From positions 134,896-198,895 of the forward strand of contig CAZXDT010000002.1 of NCBI GenBank assembly GCA_964639295.1: DNA of 64,000 nucleotides, in the 5' to 3' direction. Shown piece after piece: positions 56,231 through 64,000 of the stretch. Position 1 is the first letter of the stretch; each line of letters starts with the position of its first letter. The stretch comes from an uncultured Candidatus Saccharibacteria bacterium (GTDB lineage: Bacteria > Patescibacteriota > Saccharimonadia > Saccharimonadales > JALRHH01). Under the pieces are notes generated by a model, which was not told where the DNA came from, searched no databases, and saw only the letters and a program-made list of their open reading frames with translations. The position numbers and the translations under genes are program-made.

Positions 56231-56689
56231 ATGTCATTACAACAACTTAAAAAGAAAACAGAAGGCTTCACTATTATCGAAGTCTTGATCGTGCTGGCTA
56301 TTGCTGGTTTGATCTTGTTGATCGTATTCTTGGCTGTTCCAGCCTTACAGCGTAACTCACGCAACACTCAGCGCACAGACGATGTTGCTAGAGTACTTGG
56401 TGCAGCGCAAGAAGTACTGAACAATAATAACGGTAGTCTTGCAGCGCTCGATGACGCTCATCTTCAGGCAGCTGTGGGTGATTCGTTAGCATACTACGAG
56501 ATTGCCAACGTTACTGTAGCTGGTAGTGGTGCCAACGGTGCGATTGATAATGTTGATGCTATTCAGATTCGTACTGGTGCATCTTGTGCTACTAATGGTG
56601 ACGCAGCGGATGGTACAACTCGTCAACTTGTAGCACAGTTTACAGTTGAAGGTGGTAATGGTACTGTGGGTCGTTGTCAATCAAGTTAA
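56231..56689 (+). CDS. pilA: major type IV pilin
   Basis: Class III signal ...KKTEG|FTIIEVLIVLAIAGLILLIVF. AAGGGGG SD upstream and a strong terminator downstream. Confidence 0.88.
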   Translation: MSLQQLKKKTEGFTIIEVLIVLAIAGLILLIVFLAVPALQRNSRNTQRTDDVARVLGAAQEVLNNNNGSLAALDDAHLQAAVGDSLAYYEIANVTVAGSGANGAIDNVDAIQIRTGASCATNGDAADGTTRQLVAQFTVEGGNGTVGRCQSS

Positions 56690-56702
56690 ACACGAACCTG
56701 TT

Positions 56703-56740
56703 AAACAAAAACACGCTGGATATCCAGCGTGTTTTTGTTT
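56703..56740 (+). terminator. rho-independent terminator (38-nt perfect palindrome)
   Basis: AAACAAAAACACGCTGGAT|ATCCAGCGTGTTTTTGTTT. Confidence 0.85.
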
Positions 56741-56753
56741 AACATAAGCTTAA

Positions 56754-57590
56754 ATGATTATAGTAGCCCTAATATTTCTTGGTCTCTGCTTAGGGAGTTT
56801 TGTAAATGCCTTGGTGTGGCGCCTGCACCAGCAGCAGTTACCTAAGAAAAAGCGGGCTGCTTCCAATAAAGAGCTGTCCATAGCTACAGGCAGGTCTATG
56901 TGCCCCCACTGCAAACATGTACTCGCTTGGTATGATCTATTACCTGTCATTAGTTGGTTAAGCGTGAGTGGTAAGTGCCGGTATTGCAGTAAGCCCATTG
57001 GCTGGCAGTACCCAATTGTGGAACTACTGACTGCAGTACTATTTGTTTGGTCATACACAGCCTGGGATGCATTTCTAAACGTAGGAGACCAGCTGCACAT
57101 TGGTTTGTTTGCGCTGTGGCTTGTGAGCCTGGTGATGCTCGTAGCGCTTACAGTATATGACTTGCGATGGATGCTACTGCCTAACCGAATTGTGTTTCCA
57201 CTATTAGGAGTCGCTGTAGTGCAAGTGCTCTTACGGTCACTAGATAACGGTGCTGATGAAATTCTGAGTTCATTTGGAGCATTGTTGGTCGCTGGCGGTA
57301 TCTTTTACATATTGTTCCAAGTATCTAGTGGTAAATGGATTGGCGGTGGTGATGTTAAGCTTGGGTTTGCTCTTGGCTTGTTACTTGGAGATCCTGTGCT
57401 GGCATTCATGATGTTGTTTACCGCATCAGTATTGGGGCTTATTGTGGCCTTGCCTGGAGTGATACTTCGTAGAACCGCTCTTTCAAGTAAAATACCGTTT
57501 GGCCCATATCTCATACTAGCCACAATTATAGTAAAACTATATGGTACAGGCGCCTGGGATTGGTACCAGGCTTATTTCCTAGGCATGTAA
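56754..57590 (+). CDS. pilD: prepilin peptidase (A24 family)
   Basis: N-terminal GSFVNALVWRL, a Cys motif (CPHC...CRYC), multiple TM helices, and GGGDVKL. Confidence 0.9.
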   Translation: MIIVALIFLGLCLGSFVNALVWRLHQQQLPKKKRAASNKELSIATGRSMCPHCKHVLAWYDLLPVISWLSVSGKCRYCSKPIGWQYPIVELLTAVLFVWSYTAWDAFLNVGDQLHIGLFALWLVSLVMLVALTVYDLRWMLLPNRIVFPLLGVAVVQVLLRSLDNGADEILSSFGALLVAGGIFYILFQVSSGKWIGGGDVKLGFALGLLLGDPVLAFMMLFTASVLGLIVALPGVILRRTALSSKIPFGPYLILATIIVKLYGTGAWDWYQAYFLGM

Positions 57591-57650
57591 ACCGTAAAAG
57601 GTGTGTATAACTCCGTTGTTGACGTGCCGCTTATGGTATACTGAGCGCAT

Positions 57651-58499
57651 ATGAACAGGGGTAGACACCCTATAGGGGTTCGGGTAGGTGGTTACACCAT
57701 TGTAGAGACGCTGATTTTCTTAGCAGTCAGTGCTGCTATGTTTGTGAGCGCTATGTTATTAGTTAACGGCCAGCAAAACAAAACGCAATTTGTAAATGCT
57801 GTTCGGGATCTAGAGACACGCCTGACGGATACTGCCAATGATATCGCCACTGGTTATTACCAGAACAGTGCTAATTTTGCGTGCGAAATTGACGGGCTTG
57901 GTAAACCATCTGTACCAGACGCCACAAGTGCTGATAAAGGTTCAAATAAAGGCTGCATGCTTGTAGGCGTTGCACTCAAATTTAATAATAATGCGGAAAC
58001 ATATGATCAATACTCTGTAGCAGGGGCTCGAACACGAGTAGGTACTGATGAGCTCACGAGTACTCTTGCCCAAGCTCAGCCACAGGTGGTTTACAAAACA
58101 GACGCAAATACTATCATTGCAGGTGCCGTGGCCAAGAACGACCTATTGTATGGTGCTACGATCAAATGCGTAAAAGCCGCTGCAGGTGACCCGTGTAATA
58201 CTACTCATGCTGCTATTGGCTTCTTCGCAAGGTTAAACGATACCGGTAATGCTGGGAGCCAAGGGAGTGGTGTACAGACCGATATTGGTGTATATCCGAC
58301 GGTAGACAGTGCCGAAGCTCAAGATCTTAGCGTCAACAAGATGAATGCCGGATTGCCAACTATCGTAAGCTCAAGCGACGGACTTATCATTTGCCTAAAG
58401 AGTGGCACGACAAATCAACATGCTTTAATACATCTTGGCGGCAACGGTGGTAATGGATCATATATAACCAGCGAAATTATTTCAGGAGATTGTTCATGA
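57651..58499 (+). CDS. minor pilin (prepilin-type N-terminal cleavage/methylation domain)
   Basis: VGG|YTIVETLIFLAVSAAMFV. Confidence 0.75.
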   Translation: MNRGRHPIGVRVGGYTIVETLIFLAVSAAMFVSAMLLVNGQQNKTQFVNAVRDLETRLTDTANDIATGYYQNSANFACEIDGLGKPSVPDATSADKGSNKGCMLVGVALKFNNNAETYDQYSVAGARTRVGTDELTSTLAQAQPQVVYKTDANTIIAGAVAKNDLLYGATIKCVKAAAGDPCNTTHAAIGFFARLNDTGNAGSQGSGVQTDIGVYPTVDSAEAQDLSVNKMNAGLPTIVSSSDGLIICLKSGTTNQHALIHLGGNGGNGSYITSEIISGDCS

Positions 58500-58906
58500 T
58501 GCGACTTATATCACACCAGCGCGGGGACACTATTGTTGAAGTTCTCATAGCAATTGCAGTAGTAAGTTCCGTGCTTGGGGGTGCGTATGCAACTGCGAAC
58601 AGGAATGTTAAGAATTCCCAACAAGCCCAGGAACAGAGTAGGGCACTTAAAGTCGCTGAGTCTCAACTAGAACAGTTAAGTAAAGTTGCCGACCCTAGTA
58701 CACTACCTCCTTCGTTCTGTATAAATGGTGGCACGCCAGATAGCAACCCAGATCATTGTAAGGTTGATGATAACGTTGGTGATGGTAGATATGCTGTGAC
58801 CGTAACCAAAGACCCTCTTGTTAGTGGTTTGTTTACTGCTAGTGTGAATTGGGACGGTGCACTTGGTACTGCCAGTAATGTAAGTTTGGTATATAGGGTA
58901 TTTTAG
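58496..58906 (+). CDS. minor pilin
   Basis: QRG|DTIVEVLIAIAVVSSVLG. AGGAG lies 7 nt upstream of ATG 58496. The gene overlaps the previous stop. Confidence 0.7.
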   Translation: MMRLISHQRGDTIVEVLIAIAVVSSVLGGAYATANRNVKNSQQAQEQSRALKVAESQLEQLSKVADPSTLPPSFCINGGTPDSNPDHCKVDDNVGDGRYAVTVTKDPLVSGLFTASVNWDGALGTASNVSLVYRVF

Positions 58907-59499
58907 TGAAACAGCTTAACAGACGCGGATTTACCATTATAGAACTACTGATCGCAACGGTAGTGTTCTCAGTTATTTTGCTCGTAATAACAGCAGCGAT
59001 TGTTCAATTTGGAAAGCTGTACTATCGGGGCATAATCCAGAATCGTGTACAAGAAACAGCTCGCACCATCAGCGAGGATATAACTCAGGCTATACAATTT
59101 TCGGGTTCTGGGTCTACTCCGCTGCGAACTTACGATCCGGTCACAAAGCGTGGGCACATATGCATCGGTGATCGGCGCTATACATTCCAGTATGATCGTC
59201 AGCTTGGCGAAGCTCCCAACAAACACGTACTTGTACAAGATCAGACAAGTGGATGTACAGGTGGTATAGATCTTGATTCGGTCCCAGCGGGCGTTACTGA
59301 TTTAATGGGTAGCGGTATGTGGTTGGCGGAGCTTGATATTACAGATGCTGGTAGTGAGCTATATCGGGTGACTGTCCGCGTTGCATATGGTCCAGAAGAC
59401 GTTTTATCTGCTGATAAGAAATCATGTGCAGTTAATGTCAGGGTTGGCGGGCAGTTTTGTGCAGTTTCGGACTTAACAACTATAGTAACAAAGCGCTAG
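58906..59499 (+). CDS. minor pilin
   Basis: RRG|FTIIELLIATVVFSVILLV. The GTG start overlaps the previous stop. Confidence 0.75.
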   Translation: MKQLNRRGFTIIELLIATVVFSVILLVITAAIVQFGKLYYRGIIQNRVQETARTISEDITQAIQFSGSGSTPLRTYDPVTKRGHICIGDRRYTFQYDRQLGEAPNKHVLVQDQTSGCTGGIDLDSVPAGVTDLMGSGMWLAELDITDAGSELYRVTVRVAYGPEDVLSADKKSCAVNVRVGGQFCAVSDLTTIVTKR

Positions 59500-59500
59500 A

Positions 59501-60541
59501 ATGAGTAACAAGCAGAGGACACACCCGATGAAGATACAGAGAAATGACCTAAAGCATAGCCAACAGGGCATGGTTGCTATTATCGTAACAGTTGTTCTTA
59601 TGATGGTCATAAGTTTGATCACCATTGCTTTCGCACAGATTACACGTCGTCAACAACGTGACACGCTTGATAGGCAACTAAGCTCACAGGCCTTCTATGC
59701 TGCCGAGTCGGGCATAAATTTGGCTAAGAAGATAGCAACCGATGAGCTTGCTAGCCCCGCACAGACGGTAACCCCAAAAACAGACTGTGCTGACACAGGC
59801 GCTTACGCTGGCAAGTACACCTTGAGTAGCTCACCGGATATTAAGATTACCTGCTTGCTCGTAACTAATAGTTTGAAATTCCTTAAGTATCCGAATGTGA
59901 GCATGCATGCTGCCGCAGCAAACCTTAAACCAGAGTCAGCTATAGATACCATTGGTGTTAGTTGGCAGTCCTCCAGTACGAGCGATCCTTCTGGTTGTAC
60001 TGGTACGGCAGAGCTTGAGAAGGTTATTGACAGAAGCTGTAAGCAGCCAGTGATAAGAGTTGACTTAGTGCCACTTGCAACTCCTGATGCAGCTCACACT
60101 ATGACGGCATTTTTATCTCCTGGTGGCAGTTCGGCGCTTGGTTTTAGCCCTGGTGTAAAAGGTGTAGTAGGTATAGGTTGTAGCGGTCCAGCTGACCCAG
60201 AGCTGAAGCAGTGTACGGCAAACATATCAGTTCCTGACGGGAAATATGCAATACGGATCATGAGTATTTATGGTAATTCCGACGTTGTCTTGTTTGCTAC
60301 CCAGGGGGGCACCTACAAGAAATTAAACGATGGGCAAATTGTTATTGATTCAACTGCTAAATCCATAGACATCCTACGCAGAGTACAAGTTCGCTTTACT
60401 CCTAAACAAAAAGTTGACACTGCTGATTTTGCATTAACGGCAACCGATGGCATCTGTAAGCGATTTGCCGTTCAAGCATCTGGTGCAACAGCTGTCCTTC
60501 CTAGTGGAGTCACCTCACCAAGTATTTGTGACCTCCCGTAA
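59501..60541 (+). CDS. PilX-like minor pilin / pilus tip-associated protein
   Basis: QQGMVAIIVTVVLMMVISLITIAF ... QAFYAAESGINLA follows the PilX N-terminal pattern. Confidence 0.65.
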   Translation: MSNKQRTHPMKIQRNDLKHSQQGMVAIIVTVVLMMVISLITIAFAQITRRQQRDTLDRQLSSQAFYAAESGINLAKKIATDELASPAQTVTPKTDCADTGAYAGKYTLSSSPDIKITCLLVTNSLKFLKYPNVSMHAAAANLKPESAIDTIGVSWQSSSTSDPSGCTGTAELEKVIDRSCKQPVIRVDLVPLATPDAAHTMTAFLSPGGSSALGFSPGVKGVVGIGCSGPADPELKQCTANISVPDGKYAIRIMSIYGNSDVVLFATQGGTYKKLNDGQIVIDSTAKSIDILRRVQVRFTPKQKVDTADFALTATDGICKRFAVQASGATAVLPSGVTSPSICDLP

Positions 60542-60551
60542 ATAGTTGGAT

Positions 60552-61487
60552 TTACTGGTTACGTTTGTGGTGGAACTTTTCGTGGACTGACTTTAGGTGG
60601 GGATCAGTGACATGGGTGTAGATCTGGGTTGTTGAGATGTTGCTGTGGCCAAGCATGGCTTGGACAGAGCGTAGGTCAGCGCCGTTCATAAGTAAGTCTG
60701 TAGCAAAGCTATGACGCAGTGTGTGCGGGCTGACATGTTTGGTTATGCCAGCTAGTAATGCGTACTTGGCCACCATTCTTTGAACACTCCGTGCAGTTAG
60801 ACGGTGAAAGTTACCGGAAGTATCAACAGTTTTCTTGCCGCTGTATCGGGCAAATAGTGGACGGGCAGTATCTGTTCGCTTTTCTAAGTATTTAGTAATC
60901 CACTCAGCTGCTTCTTCGCTAATGAAGATTGGACGGTCTTTCTGGCCCTTACCACGGACCATAAATTCACGACGTTTGCTATTAATGTGTTCGCGGTCAA
61001 GTCCGACAAGCTCTGATACACGAAGACCTGAGGAAAAAAGTAGTTCCAAGATGGCACGATCACGCAAGCCGGGGAGGGTACTAATATCAGGCTCGGCGAA
61101 TAAGCGTTCTAGTTCCTCTGGATTCAAGAAAGTCACTTGTTTGCGAACGGTTTTAGCTAACTCAATTTTATCTGCGGTTAGTGCTGGGATGTCGCGCTTG
61201 GCACAGAACTTGAGGAAGCTCCTTAAAGCAATAAGGTGATAGTTCTGGGTATTCTTCTGCAGCTCATCACTGACGTTAGTGCCCAGCCGATTGAGCCACA
61301 GTCGCCATTTACGGATAAGTTCCGGGTCGATGTCGCTAATTTTAATATCACCGGCAAAGTCACTCAGGCGTGTTAGGTAGTGATCGTAGTTCCGGATCGT
61401 CTTTTGCGAACGGTTCTGCTCGATCTCAAGGTATTCCAGGAAGTCGACTTTGGCTTTTGTGAATAACATAACCATATTGTACGACAC
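60552..61487 (-). CDS. tyrosine site-specific recombinase, XerC/XerD type
   Basis: Core-binding N-domain and a catalytic domain with GLRVSELVGL (Arg), HTLRHSFATDLL, LGHSNISTTQIYTHV (Tyr). Confidence 0.88.
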   Translation of the reverse strand: MSYNMVMLFTKAKVDFLEYLEIEQNRSQKTIRNYDHYLTRLSDFAGDIKISDIDPELIRKWRLWLNRLGTNVSDELQKNTQNYHLIALRSFLKFCAKRDIPALTADKIELAKTVRKQVTFLNPEELERLFAEPDISTLPGLRDRAILELLFSSGLRVSELVGLDREHINSKRREFMVRGKGQKDRPIFISEEAAEWITKYLEKRTDTARPLFARYSGKKTVDTSGNFHRLTARSVQRMVAKYALLAGITKHVSPHTLRHSFATDLLMNGADLRSVQAMLGHSNISTTQIYTHVTDPHLKSVHEKFHHKRNQ

Positions 61488-61545
61488 TTCACCGGCAAAG
61501 TTATATCTGTTAGAATAGTGGTAAGCAAATTAATCAAGGAAATAG

Positions 61546-62067
61546 ATGGAACGAACTTTAATTGTATTCAAGCCTGACGCTGTTCAACGGGGAATTGTTG
61601 GCGAAGTGCTCAGTCGCTTTGAAAAAGTGGGACTTAAAATTATTGGTATGAAGATGGTGAACCCAAGTGAAGAACACTACTATCACCACTACGAAACAAT
61701 CGGAAAAATGGTGTCACGCCGTGGTGAAGCTCAGTTTAAGGTTCAACTTGGTGCCATGCAGGAAGGGCCAGTTATTGCAGCCGTACTTCAGGGTGTTGAG
61801 GCCGTAGGCCTTGTGCGAAAAATGATTGGCGCAACTAACACAAGTGAAGCCGCTCCAGGCACAATCCGTGGTGATTACGCTCATGCAAGTCTTGATCACG
61901 TAAACGAACATAATGTTGCGTTGCCAACTATCTTGCATGCCTCAGGTGATGTCGATGAAGCAAAACTGGAGCTTGCACACTGGTTCCCAGACAGTGAAAT
62001 ATTTGCTGACTACCAGACAGTGCACGAATACTTCACGCAACCGCACCCAGGTAATAAAAGGAAATAA
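61546..62067 (+). CDS. ndk: nucleoside-diphosphate kinase
   Basis: MERTLIVFKPDAVQRGIVGEVLSRFEKVGLKIIGMKM ... GTIRGDYA ... NVALPTILHASG. Confidence 0.9.
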   Translation: MERTLIVFKPDAVQRGIVGEVLSRFEKVGLKIIGMKMVNPSEEHYYHHYETIGKMVSRRGEAQFKVQLGAMQEGPVIAAVLQGVEAVGLVRKMIGATNTSEAAPGTIRGDYAHASLDHVNEHNVALPTILHASGDVDEAKLELAHWFPDSEIFADYQTVHEYFTQPHPGNKRK

Positions 62068-62071
62068 CAAT

Positions 62072-62091
62072 GGCGGCAAATGCCGCCTTTT
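62072..62091 (+). terminator. rho-independent terminator of ndk
   Basis: GGCGGC-AAAT-GCCGCC followed by TTTT. Confidence 0.8.
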
Positions 62092-62109
62092 GCCTCGGTA
62101 GCTCAATGG
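62092..62109 (+). repeat. direct copy of the first 18 nt of tRNA-Arg
   Basis: GCCTCGGTAGCTCAATGG is identical to 62195..62212. Confidence 0.85.
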
Positions 62110-62137
62110 CCAAGGCGGAGCCGGTAGAATAATATAT

Positions 62138-62158
62138 CTGCTCTATCCATTGAGCTGC
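62138..62158 (-). repeat. inverted copy of the tRNA-Arg D-arm region
   Basis: The reverse complement GCAGCTCAATGGATAGAGCAG matches tRNA 62201..62221 at 20 of 21 positions. Confidence 0.85.
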
Positions 62159-62194
62159 TGTCATTGGATGGTGTAAGTTATAGTATGGTTATAT

Positions 62195-62270
62195 GCCTCG
62201 GTAGCTCAATGGATAGAGCAGTTCCGTCCTAAGGAAAAGGTTGCAGGTTCGACTCTTGCCCGGGGCACCA
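62195..62270 (+). tRNA. tRNA-Arg (anticodon CCT), CCA encoded
   Basis: Manual cloverleaf: acceptor GCCTCGG/CCGGGGC, D arm GCTC-AATGGATA-GAGC, anticodon arm GTTCC-GTCCTAA-GGAAA, T arm GCAGG-TTCGACT-CTTGC, then A73 and CCA. Length 76 nt. Confidence 0.88.
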
Positions 62271-62272
62271 GG

Positions 62273-62314
62273 AGAAAAGTAAAACCACCACAAATGTGGT
62301 GGTTTTACTTTTCT
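62273..62314. terminator. terminator hairpin with a perfect 19-bp stem, directly after the tRNA
   Basis: AGAAAAGTAAAACCACCAC-AAAT-GTGGTGGTTTTACTTTTCT. Confidence 0.8.
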
Positions 62315-62458
62315 GCTCGATACATCGAGCCAAGAGTCGATCCTCTAGGTTCGGTCATCAAAGCCGCACGCAGAAGTTTACTTCGAGTACGGCTGTAGAT
62401 GTGCACTCTCTTGCCTGAGTATTATCTGTTAAAATAAATCCTAACAAAGGAGTGACTT

Positions 62459-62986
62459 GTGGCAGGAAATGACGAATTACTAGATCTTGTAAACGAAAAA
62501 GATGAAATTATAGGGACAATTTGGCGATCCGAGTATGACAAGCTCGAGTCAGAAAACCTTGGCTATATTCGCGCTGTTGAAATGTTTATTGTTAACGATA
62601 AGAACGAGCTATGGATACCAAAACGTACGGCCCATAAAACGATAGCCCCGAATGGCTTAGATTTTAGCGTTGGCGGACACGTCAGCAGTGGTGAAACATA
62701 CCCAGAAGCCATGCTTAAAGAGACCCGTGAAGAACTTAACATGAATCTGGCCGAAGATGATCTTGAGTTTATTGAGACAATCGGCCCGGACGCCAATAGA
62801 TATATCAGAAAACTCTATATCCATCGTAGTAACCAGACACCCAAGTACAATCCTGATGATTTTGTAAGTGCAAGTTGGCTAAGTACAGGCGCAATTTTAG
62901 AGATGTTAGATGCAGGAGTACCAGCGAAGTCCTCCTTGCGAGATACGGTTGCGTTAGTCGCCGGTCGTCTCGCCACTGAACAGTAG
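62459..62986 (+). CDS. NUDIX hydrolase
   Basis: Nudix box GGHVSSGETYPEAMLKETREELNM. AAAGGAG SD and a GTG start. Confidence 0.8.
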   Translation: MAGNDELLDLVNEKDEIIGTIWRSEYDKLESENLGYIRAVEMFIVNDKNELWIPKRTAHKTIAPNGLDFSVGGHVSSGETYPEAMLKETREELNMNLAEDDLEFIETIGPDANRYIRKLYIHRSNQTPKYNPDDFVSASWLSTGAILEMLDAGVPAKSSLRDTVALVAGRLATEQ

Positions 62987-63021
62987 TACCTCTTTAATGG
63001 CCGATACTGTAAAATAAGCAT

Positions 63022-63615
63022 ATGCCCGAACCCAAACAAAAATACTTTGAAGATCAGTTCGATGACGAGGAAGTGCTCTATGTCTTCCGCAAACACCCCA
63101 TTGTAATGCGCAAGGGCATTATTATCTGGGCATTTGCCATGTTGGCTGGGCCACTCTACACGGTGTTACTAACTATGATCTATGCTAATAATCCAGAGAA
63201 ATACCCTAGTCCCAACTTCTTCTTTATTTCGCTACTGGCAAGCTTGGTGCTATCCGTTATCGTGTTTATACCATTCTGGTTGGCCTGGCACTTTAGTGTG
63301 TTTATTGTGACTGACCAGCGGTTTATCCAGATCACCCAGAAAGGGCTGTTCCACCGTAGCGTCGTTGATGTTGGGCTCAATCAAATACAAATGGTGAATT
63401 ATGAAGTAGCCGGCCTGCAGGAAACCCTGCTTGGATTTGGTACAATAATGATGCAAACATATATGGGCGAGTTGCTTATACATGACGTGCATCACCCAGC
63501 GCATATCCAGAAGAAGATGTTAAAGATTCTGCGTGATAAGGGGATTATCGCAACCGGAGCAGCAAGTTCTTTCGGGGCAACAGATACAAGTAAGGAAACT
63601 GAAACAGATGGTTAA
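63022..63615 (+). CDS. membrane protein with a bacterial PH (YdbS/YdbT-like) domain
   Basis: FEDQFDDEEVLYVFRKHPIVM, then two TM helices and a PH-like beta region (VTDQRFIQIT). Confidence 0.55.
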   Translation: MPEPKQKYFEDQFDDEEVLYVFRKHPIVMRKGIIIWAFAMLAGPLYTVLLTMIYANNPEKYPSPNFFFISLLASLVLSVIVFIPFWLAWHFSVFIVTDQRFIQITQKGLFHRSVVDVGLNQIQMVNYEVAGLQETLLGFGTIMMQTYMGELLIHDVHHPAHIQKKMLKILRDKGIIATGAASSFGATDTSKETETDG

Positions 63616-64000
63616 AAAACGAATCAAAGGCGTCCTCGGGAAGGTCAAGCGACAGGACGAGGCTGTGGTTTTGCAAAATGCTGCAGATAACGCGCCACGT
63701 ATCACCACAGAAACAGTGGCGGAACACCGAGAACAGGTACTTAGGAAAGCTCGAAAGCACATTATCCCACTGGCCCATTCCAAGCATCAAGTGGTCATTC
63801 TGACCTCTGGCTTGTTCATATTGGCGATAATTAGTTTCTTCACGTACACAACTTTGGCTTTGTACAAGTTTCAGCAGTCATCAACCTTTCTATACCGTGT
63901 AACGCAGGTGATCCCGTTCCCGGTAGCTAAGACCGGCGGGCACTTTGTTTCTTACGAGAATTACTTATTTGAGCTCCGCCACTACAAGCATTACTACGAG
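63608..64000 (+). CDS. hypothetical membrane protein, 3'-truncated by the window end (possibly a SurA/PpiC-type chaperone N-terminus)
   Basis: ATG 63608 overlaps the upstream stop. I translated 131 codons by hand with no stop up to position 64000. TM helix LTSGLFILAIISFFTYTTLAL. This ORF is not in the supplied track. Confidence 0.55.
   Translation, partial: MVKKRIKGVLGKVKRQDEAVVLQNAADNAPRITTETVAEHREQVLRKARKHIIPLAHSKHQVVILTSGLFILAIISFFTYTTLALYKFQQSSTFLYRVTQVIPFPVAKTGGHFVSYENYLFELRHYKHYYE

Noticed and set aside
62092-62165. A second tRNA gene upstream of tRNA-Arg.
   Set aside because: Only the acceptor 5' strand and the D-stem copy are present. No T-arm (GTTCRA) or matching 3' acceptor strand can be drawn, and the candidate anticodon loop would be 8 nt. 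I treat it as a fragment.
1-64000. An alternative genetic code (UGA as a sense codon, as in some CPR lineages).
   Set aside because: TGA ends conserved genes at their expected C-termini (for example mutM after its zinc finger, and pilM). Homologous proteins are full-length under the standard code.
1-64000. CRISPR arrays, IS transposases, reverse transcriptase/DGR, prophage modules and rRNA genes.
   Set aside because: I saw no regularly spaced direct repeats and no ORFs with transposase, RT, capsid or terminase motifs. There are also no intergenic regions long enough for rRNA.

Overview
This is a gene-dense 64-kb chromosomal window, mostly on the + strand, with moderate GC and the standard genetic code (TGA terminates conserved genes). 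Its gene content looks like a streamlined monoderm bacterium. I infer, from gene content only, that it resembles Candidate Phyla Radiation / Saccharibacteria. The recognisable housekeeping genes are dnaG-rpoD, polA, mutM-holA, rpsT, truB, rpsO-pnp, a family-4 UDG, RNase J, ftsK, rpsF-rpsR, ssb, efp, tlyA, ychF, ndk, a XerC/D-type recombinase and one tRNA-Arg(CCT). There are several cell-wall enzymes: VanY, CapA, a class-A beta-lactamase-like hydrolase and an M14 peptidase. A complete type IV pilus cluster runs from 46.6 to 60.5 kb (pilM-N-O, pilB, pilT, pilC, pilA, pilD and four minor pilins) and has no secretin. I found no rRNA, CRISPR array, transposase or reverse transcriptase. The observations most worth a second look are: (1) an ~870-bp GC-rich island (45569..46435) bounded by perfect 15-bp inverted repeats, carrying a Tat-signal/LPXTG surface-protein gene that stops right after the LPKTG motif, in actinobacterial style, which suggests foreign DNA or an assembly chimera; (2) two homologous ~82-nt extended-hairpin elements with conserved boxes, identical spacing and compensatory stem changes that bracket a [hypothetical + ssb] module, plus a third, architecturally similar 100-nt hairpin at 38.5 kb; (3) a translationally coupled pair whose second gene looks like an Arr-type ADP-ribosyltransferase; (4) at least 17 genes with a -10 box 5-9 nt upstream of the start codon, implying leaderless mRNAs, and the same layout at the tRNA; (5) partial copies of the tRNA-Arg gene around the gene itself; (6) several unusual protein architectures: S20 with a Lys/Ala-rich tail, a degenerate DHH domain with a ~400-aa Pro-rich tail, a MazG-like/methyltransferase fusion with a tandem paralog, a minimal RNB protein, and a secreted protein with a metzincin motif.
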